Made by a program: the position numbers and the translations under genes | In this document: positions 1-11,908 of the stretch, piece by piece | How the letters are laid out: every line of letters begins with the position of its first letter | How positions within the stretch are numbered: position 1 is the stretch's first letter | Origin: Octopus sinensis | Taxonomy: Eukaryota | Length of the DNA: 64,000 nt | Assembly: GCF_006345805.1 (NCBI RefSeq) | Contig: NC_043007.1 | Span: forward strand, 41,912,001-41,976,000 | Direction: 5' to 3' | Notes under the pieces: generated by a model | Databases searched by the model: none | What the model saw: the letters and a program-made list of their open reading frames with translations, nothing else | What the model was told of the DNA's origin: nothing

Positions 1-60
1 GGAAGAAAATTTGAAGAAAGAAGGAAAAAACATAATAATAATAATAACAATAATAATTTT

Positions 61-1170
61 TTGAAACTTTGGCACAAAGCCAGCAACTTTGAATGGAGGG
101 TAAAAGTTAATTACATCAATTTCAGTGCTTGACTGGTAGTTTATTTTATTAACCCCAAAAGGATGAAAGACAAAGTTGACATCAGCAGGATTTGAGCTCA
201 GAACTTAAAAAGCTGGAAGATATATCATGAAACATTTTCTCCAGCATGCAAACAATTACAATAATCCTTTCTACTTTAAGTATAAGGCCTGAAATTTTGA
301 GGAAGGGGACTAGTCAATTACTATTTCTTTACTACCCACAAGGGGCTAAACACAGAGGGGACAAACAGATTAAGTCGAATATATCGACTCCAGTACATAG
401 CTGGTACTTATTTAATCAACCCCGAAAGGATGAAAGGCAAAGTTGACCTTAGCAGAATTTGAACTCAGAACGTAAAGGCAGCCGAAATACTGCTAAGTAT
501 TCCAGCCGGCATGCTAACGATTCTGCCAGCTCGCCGCTTCTAGACAATTACATCGACTCCAGTGCTCAATGGGTACTTATCTCATTGACTCTGAAAGGAT
601 GAAAGGCAAACTCAAACTCAGCAGAATTTGAACTCAGAACAAAATGATGGATGAAAGGCTACTAAGCAGTTTGCCCAGTATGCAAATGATTCTGCCAGCT
701 CAACTCACCATCTTGCTGAAAATTATGATTATGGTTTAAAATTTTGGCACAAAACTAGCAGATTTTAGGGAAAAGGGGAAGTGAATTACATTGACCCCAA
801 TGCTCAATGGGTACTTATTGACCCTTAAAGGATGAAAGGCAAACTTGAACTTGGTGGAGTTTGAACTCAAGACATAAAGACAAATGAAATGCCACTAAGC
901 ATTTTGTTCAGTGTGCTATTGATTCTGCAAGCTTGCCACCTTGCAAGTAATTATAATAAGGATTTCAAATTTTGGCCCAAGGCCAACAAGTTCAGGGGAG
1001 GGGGTTAAGTCAATTACATCAATTCCACTACTCAATTGGTATTTATTTTAATGACCTTGAAAGGATGAAAATTGACCTTGTTGGAATTTGAACTCAAAAT
1101 GTAAAGACAGACAAAATACCACTGAGCATTTTGCCCACCATACTAACAATTCTGCCAGCTTACCACAAAT
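61..1170 (-). mobile_element. Head-to-tail array of ~5 degenerate tRNA-derived SINE copies (family A)
   Basis: Recurrent aaaggatgaaaggcaaagttgac...gaatttgaactcagaac...attctgccagct about every 200-250 bp; reverse complement has box A (TGGCAGAATCGTTAG) and box B (GAGTTCAAATT); best copy 391-540. Confidence 0.8.
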
Positions 1171-1171
1171 G

Positions 1172-1246
<75 letters not shown>
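1172..1246. repeat. (AAT)n microsatellite
   Basis: Uninterrupted ATA/AAT run. Confidence 0.98.
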
Positions 1247-1248
<2 letters not shown>

Positions 1249-4200
1249 CTCTGCTGTAGGCACAAAGCTATACTTGTTCATAGGTGATGGCTAGCTTTTC
1301 AACAATAGTTTAAATAAAACATTAATGGTATCAAACTCACAGATTTTGGAGAACCTGTAAAGTTCATGAACAAGGGTCCCTTCTCCAAACTCAAAATGCC
1401 AAAAGTAAAAAAATATTATTCTATGTGATTCAATTTAAAGAAAAAATTAATTAGTTATTTTATTAGAAAACTAGCTTTATCATCTTTAAATATAGTATTA
1501 TTTTTGTAGTGAAGGGTGTAAAAATTAATCAGATGTTTCCTAGAGATTCATGGCATAGAAAAGGTTCAGAATCACTACTTTCATTGGCTTATTTCAATAC
1601 CCTATTTTGGAAATAACATTTTGTATTCTAACATTATCCAAATATCTATAATTTTTCTTGGGTTTTTTGGTGGGATTTTTGGTGGTGGGAAAGATACTGT
1701 ACAAGCTGATTATTGCTTGGAGCTGAGCTGGGAGGTGAGAACAGGGATGGGACAGATGGGAATCTGGCATTGAATGATGTCACACATCAGCTAATAAAAG
1801 TGTCACAAAGGAAGGATAATTAATAGTGTCTTGCCTGCAGATGCTTCACTGTCACATCTTGCCTTTTTATTTTGTTACTTATAATTCTTATATATTTAGA
1901 CATACACACACAAGCATGCACGTGCACATGTGCACACACATACACACACACACACAAACACACACGCCATTATTGGTTGAATGTGAAAGAAAGAGAAATA
2001 AAAGGTCAACAGTTACATCCGGTCTGATACACACGTCATTCATACGTATAAATTTTTGAGTGTGTTAATCCTTATACGACATCCTTTTGGTTTTGTTTTA
2101 GGTTGTTGTTTGTTTCCATTGGTGGTGGTGGTGGTGGTGGTGGTGGTGTTTTTCATCTTGTTTCTACACAATATGTAAAAGTTTTAATCTTTTTAGTTGA
2201 CACAGTTTTAAACGATAAATACCATCTCCACTCCTCAGAATGAAATCATTTAGAGATGTTATCTGCGTTAAAATATAACAGTTAGGTTTAGTGTTAACAT
2301 ATTTAATAAAGTGAGTATCAATAAACTAATTAAAAAATAATTACACCATATGGAAAAGACATTTCAGTAAGTACAGAGAAACAACTCTAGATATGTTTCA
2401 GTCATATTTGACCTCCTCAGAAAACTTCACAGAATTTGCTGAAGTTTTTTGAAAAGCACTATAAATAGATGAGTCATATTACCCAGGAGGAGGCACAGAA
2501 TTTTAGCATGTTTAAAAAAATAAATCACAGTTGAAAATTACTCAGTGACACTATCTGCAGGAAAAGCAATAGTTCAGCTAGTGTTTACATATTTAACGTG
2601 GTGAATAGTTGGTTTAGTTGTTAAAGCTTAAGACATAGTACCAGGTTGTATTTGTTACTCCACTCTGCACCCTCAATTCAAATCTCAATAAGATCAACTT
2701 TGCCTTTTATCCTTTAGAAGACAATAAAAGTCAGCGCCAGACCAGAATGGAGAGTGATGGAACTGTAACAGCATCCAGAGATTTGTTTTGCAGTATTTGT
2801 TCTGGCTCTTTGCATTCTGAGTTAATCAGTCCCTTGGTTTAGTACTCCTTCTCACTTTTTAGGTCCCTCTAGCAAGGTCCACTCTGATGTACACATTCAG
2901 CCCTGGTCCTCAGTTCAAAGATAACTTCTTTTCTTCCAGCCATCAATTTCAGAGGCCCTAAAAAACAAAAAGAGCCATGAATCCTACCAAGATTTGGGTG
3001 ATGTTGTGTGCCCTGACACTTTAGTATTTAAACTGGCCATATCCAGCCCTAATATTCTACCTGTTTTATGTTCAAACTGGCCAGATCCAGCACCTCACAC
3101 CTATACTACCATAACATTCTAAAAATATACATTCACATCATTGAAATCTCAAAGCTACAAGATAATGCATGATTAATTCAAAACATTGTGAATAAATAAG
3201 CATTACATTTGACAAAGTAATCTGAATGCTAAAAGGCTACAATCTTTTTTGCACTATGGACAGTCTCATGCAATACAATCTTTCCATGGACCAAAGAATC
3301 ACTTGCATAAAAAATGCAATAAAGTGCATAGTATATAATTAGTTCATTATATATATAATACAAATATATTACATATAAATACTTTTATAATACAAAATCC
3401 CTGAAAACTGTAATAATCAACAAAATAAAAATAGTATTTAAAAAGTAATTCTTTCTATATGGCCTAACACTGGTCCACAGGCCTGTTGTTGAGAACCATA
3501 CCCTAAAGAATCCTGGTATTAAATTTCTTAGCTGCCAGCAGAGCATTATAGTTATTTTCATTAGAATCTCCCTGTCCCCTTGCAAGACTAACATATGTAC
3601 TTCCAAATCTTTTCACATTCATCAAGGAATCAGCCACAATATGTCTAAAGAATTTTCTTTGTTCGATAAAATCAGTCAAACAGTTAGTCTTTCCTCAGAG
3701 CCAGTTACAAAAAAAGGGAATATACAAGGAGAATTAAGAAAGCCCAAACCCAAAACTCTAGACATATCTAACTTTTAAAATAGATAAATAAGTTAGTATT
3801 AACATATTTAAGACACGGTGCATTTAAAAACAAACTGAGTAGAAATAAATGTTTAATATCACATTATAATACTTTCTTCAGCTTTTAAGGATCAGTTTTT
3901 GAATATGTGTTGCAACACTATCTGATTGTATTGAGTGGATCAACAACATTGCAGTGATATGAGATCATATTGAGTACTATGCATGACATTTGTTCCTTTT
4001 CACTAACATTTGTTCTTTTTCACTGACATTTGTCCATAGAATTCAAGAAAAACATTTTGAAACAGAAAAACACTTGTCTTTAGCATATAACAGAACAAGA
4101 GAAGAACATAAGCACCTAAACAAAATAACTACTATTTTCATATCCTATATGCTAAACTATTATACCACCAAAAACAATTAAAACGTCAATTTAAGAAAGT

Positions 4201-4726
4201 ATCATTTGTCAACTCAGACAATGAATTCCAACAACTGGATGGCTACCAAGGCTGTAACTGCCGACCCAACTACTTCTGAATTCATTGAGGAGAGGTCTGC
4301 TGTACCATCCTGACATCTGCATACTCAAATAGCAAAATAAATCCAACATCACCACACACACCTCCATCTCCTAACAACTACCATTCCTTCCTTCTTTTCC
4401 ATCACCATCCACTCCTCACCACAAAATACATACAGAAATGCCTACATTTTCTGCACTGTAATCATCCCAGGAATATGGGCTACAATCATAAGAAACATGC
4501 GATTTGTGGAAATGCGCATAGCAATACATTAAAATATTTATAAGTTCCATCCAAGGATTATTATTATTATTACTATATTTATTCTATATTATACCAGTAC
4601 AGCTCAGTGCAACCCCAAAAAACTGGTATCACCAATTGGCATCATTAGGCTGTAGCCAGCATAACAGAATAGGAGCTTTTATTTGCATATTCAAGATAGT
4701 TCTCATGAATGAACTTAAAGGATATA

Positions 4727-4805
<79 letters not shown>

Positions 4806-5059
4806 AGGGGTTATCATACTCAAGCTGTGTCCTTATGAAGCACATCTGCATGTTCACATTAATCCAATGTATGTATATAGATGTTTTATTTTAAATCTTT
4901 GTCTGAAGGATTATGGAGAGGAAACTCTATACATGTTTATTTTTTCTACATGTATACCTTTGTAACTCCTATCTTGTAATGAAACACATGTAACGTGGAA
5001 TTAAAAATGTACCAAATTTTCCAGTCTTCTGTTCTAATATACCTATACATACATACATG

Positions 5060-5093
<34 letters not shown>

Positions 5094-5287
5094 CATATGT
5101 GTGTATATATATATGTATTAGTGCACATATTTATACACAAAAGAGGTGACCTTTAACAGGACACCTTACATGCTAGAGAGGACAGTTAAAGCTCAAACCA
5201 CAAGAGTAATTTCAAAGGGAACTCGAGTTTTTGTATTATTGTGCAAATAAATTAATTTGCCCAAATGGAAATTGTAGTTAAGATACC

Positions 5288-5612
5288 TGTGCCGGTGACA
5301 TGTTAAAAGCACCGTCCGAACGTGGCAGATGCCAGCGTGGCCTGACTAGCATCCGTGTCGGTGACATGTAAAAGCACCAACCAATCGTGGCCGTTTGCCA
5401 GCCTCCTCTTGCCCCTGTGCCAATGGCACATAAAAAGCACCCACTACACTAACGGAGTGGTTCGCGTTAGGAAGGGCATCCAGCTGTAGAAACGCTGCCA
5501 GATCAAGATTGGAGCCTGGTGAAGCCTCCTGGCTTCCAAGACCCTGGTCGAACCATCCAACCCATGCTAGCATGGAAAACGGACGTTAAACGATGATGAT
5601 GATGATGATGAT
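5288..5612 (+). mobile_element. RTE LINE 3' UTR fragment with (GAT)n tail
   Basis: Same sequence as the 3' end of the 11909-14700 element (ttaggaagggcatccagctgtagaaac...catggaaaacggacgttaaacgatgatgat). Confidence 0.85.
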
Positions 5613-5854
5613 GTATATACAAATATATATATACCAAAAGTGTGTATTTAGAAGAAGCCTTAAAGACACTAGTTATCATAAACCAATAAAGATATCAGTT
5701 ACGTGTAGTTTAAATATTTTATTCAGACTAAACACAAGTCAGTTTCAAAGTTGCATTGGCTGCAACTTGTAAGTCTGACAACCACTGCCACCAAAACTGC
5801 AAAATTGATTTCATTTAGATAATGTGTCTGCACACACACACACATACACACACA

Positions 5855-5919
<65 letters not shown>

Positions 5920-6234
5920 ATACACACACACACACACATACATACATACATACACACACATACAAACATACACACCTACATTATATTGAGGAAATACCTG
6001 GATTCATGTTTAATGTTATGTATTCAAGAATTTTCCTATTAACTTATTAAGCTTTTATTTTATGTTTAGTATAATAATGTTCTTAAGTTCGTTAATATTC
6101 CAAGATCTCGGTCACATCTTCTGAAAGAGTTAGTGATAGTGTACTATATTTTTACAGCAGACTACAAAAACAATAACAAAATGAATGCTATAACTGATAA
6201 AAACCACAATCATAGAATTCAAAATTTTTTAAAT

Positions 6235-6430
6235 AGAGCCATATTCATGAGTGATAGGAGGCAAGATGTTGAATTAGATGCTAAAACTGCAGTTGCTAGC
6301 ACAGTAATGAGCCAACTTCAGCATTCAATCATCAATAAAGGGGAGATTGATCAAAAAGTCAAACTCGCTAGCTTCAATTTGGTTTTCATGCTTATCTTCA
6401 CCTGTGGTCATGAATGTTGTATGGTAAAGG
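6235..6430 (+). pseudogene. Old RTE-type ORF2 C-terminal remnant
   Basis: VELDAKTAVASTVMSQLQHSIINKGEIDQKVKLASFNLVFMLIFTCGHEC resembles the RTE post-RT segment (ELDARI.KAS.....K.K...F......L.YG.E.W). Confidence 0.6.
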
Positions 6431-6440
6431 TAAAGTTACC

Positions 6441-6680
6441 TTCTCAAGTCATGCCAACGCATAAGTGCTGGTTTCCCAATTTCCATGGTGTATAAGTTCC
6501 CTGCCTGGACAGGATGCTGGTCCATCACAGGATTACTCACTTTTGCCTGCTGAGTGGACTGGAGAGGTGTGAATGAAGTCTATTGCTCAAGAACACAATA
6601 GGTAGCCCAGTCTAGGAATTGAAACCACAATCTTATGATCATGAGTTCAATACCTTAACCACTAGGCTATATGCCTCCAC
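6441..6680 (-). mobile_element. tRNA-derived SINE with Meta-domain-like core (family C)
   Basis: cctggacaggatgctggtccatcacagg...ttgctcaagaacacaa...gaattgaaacc...ttaaccactaggctatatgcc; related copies at 34140-34395 and 35511-35905. Confidence 0.6.
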
Positions 6681-7739
6681 AATGAATGTTGGGTAATGGT
6701 CAAAATGTGTATGCCCATGAATACAAGTGGTGAAAATGGGTTTACTCCAAAGGAACACTGCAACACCATTACTCAACAGGTTGCATAGCTTGGTGATCAG
6801 GAAATCTCTCCAGGTCAAGCTGCTACATCCCCACATTGAAAAGTCACATCTCTGGTACTACAGACATGTGATTAGAATATTGCAGACTAGAATATCACAA
6901 AATGGATTCTTCAAGTTGAGCCAACTGGCAGGAGACTTAAGGGTAGACCAAGAATTAGATGGTTGAATAATATCCATAGTCTCAGTTAATCATGCTTGGT
7001 AATTCAGTCAGAAAGTGTAATGACAATTTTTCTTGATAGAACCCTATAAAGAAGGTGCCTAAGAACTCTACTCCTATAAACAACCCTTTTAGGAATAGTG
7101 AACAGAGAAGATTGATCAATAGAACAACAGTCAAACAGTTTTCATTTCATGTGTTAATATCTCTGTGGTATGACGTCAGCAGCTGGGGAGCTGATCGGAA
7201 GAGGAAGGGCGTATGAGTGACACACGCACAGGCAGGGGACTATTGGGCCTTTTCAATCAGGGTAGCCAACAGTGGTGGACGTGTGAGCGCTTCAACAAGG
7301 TGAGGGAAAAGCAGCTGCTACTTTTAGCGTTCAGGTCGGGCCACGTGGAAGGGTGCATTACCACTGGAGAGGTCTACATCGACAAAAAGAATGTAGGTGT
7401 CTTACTTCAAATCTCCCACATACACCACAATCTCTAAGTATATACAAATGATTAAAAACACAGCTGTTTGATATCCAACAGTATTCATAGTAATCAGATA
7501 TATTGAAAATTGCATTTTCATTACTACAAGTCTAAATGATCTGTGAATGTTTATGGTTTCACTGTTTAGTTAGTTTATGGATTTCACGTATGTTTGAGAT
7601 TTGTCGAATTAACAGAAAATTTGCTATGTGCTTTGTGATTCTATTTTATTGCATTCTATTTATTTATTGTGACAGAGAAAATAATGTCCATAGTGGATTA
7701 ACTCAATTCCTAATAAAGTATATATATATATATATGAAT

Positions 7740-8200
7740 GGCGATCTGTAATGTGGAGGTACTTGAGTGAAGTGTAAGTAGGAATGTAGAGTTGATGATT
7801 CTGCAAAGTTGTTTGAGGTGGAGTGGACATCTGGTGAGAATGAATGATAAAAGACTTCCTAAGCTTTTGTATGGGGAGCTGGATGATGGAAGGAGGCCAG
7901 CTCATAAACCCAAAAGGACTGCTTTAGAATTACTCTGACACAGACAGGAGTTTCAGTTGATGATTGGGAGATGGAGGCACAAGACCGAATTGGATGGAGG
8001 AAAAGAATGTACTGGTTGTTTGAAGTTTGAGAGAGAGAGAATGAAGCACAAGAAGAGCAAGAGAAGGCTTAGAAAGAATGAACTTGTAGAAAATAAGGGT
8101 GTGTTGCTTTTTATGTGTGTGATTTGTGAGAGGAAATTTTTGAGTCATGCAGGCCTGGTCAGCCATCAGAGAGCTTTGCCAGCTATCACAGCTGTGCATT
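7740..8200 (+). pseudogene. RTE (BovB-like) ORF2 3' remnant with C2H2-like finger
   Basis: FMCVICERKFLSHAGLVSHQR matches the terminal CxxC...HxR motif of RTE ORF2; upstream lygel..grrp..kpk pattern, frameshifted. Confidence 0.6.
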
Positions 8201-8300
8201 ATGCCAGCCATCGCAGCTGTGCATTATGCATTAGAATGTATAAATTTTTGGCCAGACTCAAGAGTCATACAAGGGCCTCACATTGCCTAATCAATATATT

Positions 8301-8461
8301 GGCACAGGAGTGGCTGTGTAATAAGTAATTTGCTTACCAGCCACATGGTTCCAGGTTCAGTCCCACTGCATGGCAACTTGGGTAGGAGTCTCCTACACTA
8401 GCCTCAGGCTGACCAAAGCCTTGTGAGTGGATTTGGTAGACGGAAACTGAAAGAAGCCCGT

Positions 8462-8465
<4 letters not shown>
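8301..8465 (+). mobile_element. tRNA-derived SINE (family B)
   Basis: ggcacaggagtggctgtgt..taagt..ttgcttacca.ccacatggttcc.ggttcagtcccactgc...gaaactgaaagaagcccg then (TA)n; many further copies (17665, 25150, 26297, 27439, 33600, 40140, 52190, 55720, 56930). Confidence 0.8.
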
Positions 8466-8497
<32 letters not shown>

Positions 8498-8585
8498 TAA
8501 GAAAAGAAATGGAGCAACAATTAACAATTAAAAGTTGATCATTGGTATTAAATTAAAAAGTCATAGTTTAATTGTAGTTCAATAA

Positions 8586-8664
8586 CATTTACAGCTGTTT
8601 CAGTTTGTTATTTCGAAGTAAATTTGCATTTATCTCATTCCATTTAACAAACATTGTCAGAATG
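8586..8664 (-). ncRNA. Hammerhead-ribozyme-like motif, type I, core mutated (CUGACAA)
   Basis: CATT-CTGACAA-T-GTTTGTTA..34 nt..TAACAAAC-T-GAAA-CAGCTGT-A-AATG; stems I and II pair perfectly, G8 replaced by A. Confidence 0.55.
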
Positions 8665-8930
8665 ATTTAGAGTTTATTGGAGGAAAATAGATAGAAGAAA
8701 AAGGGAAATGAAAAGAGAAAGGAAAAAAGGAGAAAGTTCGTTAAGTCTTTAGGCTTACATTTGGCAAACTATGCCAAATCAGACTGGAGTCTGGTGCAGC
8801 CTTCCAATTGCCAGCCCTGGTCAAACTGTGCAACCCATGCTAGTAAGAACAACAGATATAAAATGATGATTATATACACTGAATATATATTATTTATATG
8901 TAAAATCTATTTATCTATCTATCTAGCTGT

Positions 8931-8966
<36 letters not shown>

Positions 8967-10031
8967 CATACATATATATGTATATAGACACAAACACACA
9001 CACAAAAATCCATAAATTTGTTGTATATTTTGTATTATTCAGGAGCAAATATTTTACTTTAATGGAGTGATATACTAAAAAAAACTTTTCCTGAAATGAA
9101 CCAAAAACAAATAAGCAAATAAACTTAATTGACCTTGCATTCTTTCTTTAAGGATCTAAAGTATGGAGTGCTGAGAAGTATAAATACGTTTTCCTTGTGG
9201 AAATTCTGTCAAACATAAAACTATAATTCTCTTCCTGTTTGTGTTTTATTTGAGTAGTTTAAGAATGACAACAAGAGTCCTGTTTATTGTGAAATAAAAC
9301 AACATTTAGTAATCAGAATTTTGTCTTCCAATTAAAAGTGTCCTTAACAGAGTTGCAAGAAGCCAATATCCAACGGAATATAGATAAAAAAAGGGAGTTT
9401 CGGTGAAATAGAAAGAGGCTTTCTTATAGTGTGATCACATGGGACTATACAGAGGATTACAGTTTAAGTATGACTAGATTATGAGTTCTTGAAAAATTTT
9501 GGAAATTTAGCTAAAGATTTGGGAAAATGAATAATATCTTTTTCACATTAATAAATTAAGACTTAATGGAGGAAATGGAAATGATGAGAAGTTCTTATAT
9601 GAATGATTGAAATTCACAACACCCTCGTGTTGAGTCATTGGAATTATTTTGAGAATAGTGATTTTAGTAAGCTATTTCCAAGTATGTGCATAGTTGTGTA
9701 GGGAGTACATATGGGTGGGCGTGTGTGGATTGCATGTCAGCACATACAAAACAAACACACGTTTATATATGCACGCAAATATACATATATACATATATAC
9801 ATGCATGCATGCATGCATACATACATACATACATACATACATACATACATACATACATACATACATACATACATACATACATACAAAAATTTGAAGTTAC
9901 TGTCAATTTTTTCCTGGCGGAAATAAATGAATATAGTACTCTGCAAAAAGTGTTGAGTTATCTTTCAATTTAATGTTCAACTGTTTTTCTATATAACTCT
10001 ACATAAAAAACTAATGTGTATCAATGTGTAG

Positions 10032-10057
<26 letters not shown>

Positions 10058-10063
<6 letters not shown>

Positions 10064-10435
10064 CAAAATGGAACAAGAACGCAAAGCATCCGATCAAATA
10101 GGTGATACAAAAAGGGACAACAAAACATCCAGATAGACGATACAAAAAAAAGAAGGACGGGTCATTCAAAGCTTTCTATTCACAGTCAAGAACCAGATCA
10201 TCCTCACAATTTTGGCTGATTAATCTTGAGATTGGGGCTGACTAGATTGGAGCAATCTCAAGATTAATCAGCTGGAATTGTGAGGATTATCCGGTTCTTG
10301 ACTGAGGATAGAAAGCTTTGAATGACCCGTCCTTGTTTTTTTTGTATCATCGATCTGGATGTTTTGTTGTCCCGTTTTGTTGTCCCTTTTTGTATCACCT
10401 AGTTGGCCGGATGCTTTGCATTCTTGTCCCATTTT

Positions 10436-10442
<7 letters not shown>
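10058..10442. repeat. Long imperfect palindrome (arms ~177/190 bp, 18-nt spacer)
   Basis: 10058-10234 is the reverse complement of 10253-10442 (e.g. gctgattaatcttgagattg / caatctcaagattaatcagc; gacgggtcattcaaagctttcta / tagaaagctttgaatgacccgtc). Confidence 0.95.
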
Positions 10443-10469
<27 letters not shown>

Positions 10470-10503
10470 GCGGCGTACGTACACTTTGCTCTCTTATATA
10501 TAA

Positions 10504-10564
<61 letters not shown>

Positions 10565-10575
10565 ATATATATATG

Positions 10576-10767
10576 GACGCCATAATAGATCGTTAGCTCC
10601 TACATGCATTTTTTTTCTCTCCTTGTTTTTTTCTGTGTATCTTTCTGTCGAAGAGCGTAGGCTCAAACGTAAAAGACTTTTTCTATTCCTGAGCGCTATA
10701 CTAATACATTTGTTTGTTTGTACTCCACCTGCCTTCGTCTTTTGTTTATTTTCGTAAACTTTCCCTT

Positions 10768-10770
<3 letters not shown>
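10576..10770 (+). mobile_element. Short repeat family carrying a hammerhead-like motif (second copy 47360-47545, minus)
   Basis: Near-identical to the reverse complement of 47360-47545, including ctttctgt.gaagagcgtaggctc(g)aaacgtaaaag; both copies flanked by (TA)n. Confidence 0.7.
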
Positions 10771-10801
<31 letters not shown>

Positions 10802-10814
10802 ATATATGTGTGTG

Positions 10815-10857
<43 letters not shown>

Positions 10858-11063
10858 TACTTAGGTATTGCAAGACTAAAAACCTGGTGTAGAACTCAAT
10901 ATACATGTTTCAGAATGAAGTATTAGTTGAGTACAGAGAGGTAATGAGAAAATGAAATGACAAAGGAATAAACGGGGTATCTTATGAACTTCACTGCAGC
11001 ATCTTATAGCAGAAACAGTTGTATGCTAATGATAATCATTTAATTCTTTTCTCATTTCATTTT

Positions 11064-11152
<89 letters not shown>

Positions 11153-11311
11153 TGAGAGAAAGAGAGACAGGTGAGCACATAAGTGCAAAACAAGGTGGAA
11201 AAAAAAGGTACTCGAATACCAAAGGTAGGGTAATATGCTTTTTATTAAAGCTGCAAAAGTATAATTTTGCAACTTTAATAAAAAGTATATGAGTATTTAT
11301 ACACATATATA

Positions 11312-11348
<37 letters not shown>

Positions 11349-11377
11349 AGAGAGAGAGAGAGAGAGAGAGTGTTAGG

Positions 11378-11573
<196 letters not shown>

Positions 11574-11908
11574 GAAAAGTATCAAAGTGAAGTATGCCAT
11601 TAATTGGCTGGATAAAATCATACAAAAGCAGACAGTTAACAACCTATTATCTTAGTACCAAAGATATCAATGAAGGAAGATCAAAGCTGTTAAGTAATCC
11701 ACGAAGGTCATAATCTGTTTGTTAATCAACAAGTCAGTATTCCCTCGTTTACCTGATTGCTTGTTCGGTAGGGAGTTATGTAATTTATAACAGAAACTAA
11801 CTAATTGTATAGTACTTATATCAAAATAAAAACTCATGAGATAATTGTAGCAATACCACATAACCCATTCATCTGTTTTTATCATATATATATATATATA
11901 TATATATA

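Noticed and set aside
4210-4560. Short coding-looking frames (e.g. CQDGTADLSSMNSEVVGSAVTALVAIQLLEFIV* on minus)
   Set aside because: No recognisable homology and no consistent chain of splice sites
5715-5770. Three-part hairpin with GAAAC on the minus strand
   Set aside because: Lacks the CUGANGA core, so it is not a hammerhead
7165-7430. GC-richer segment with a TGACGTCA (CRE) site
   Set aside because: Lies among retroelement debris and is likely a decayed element 5' region; a single motif is insufficient for a promoter call
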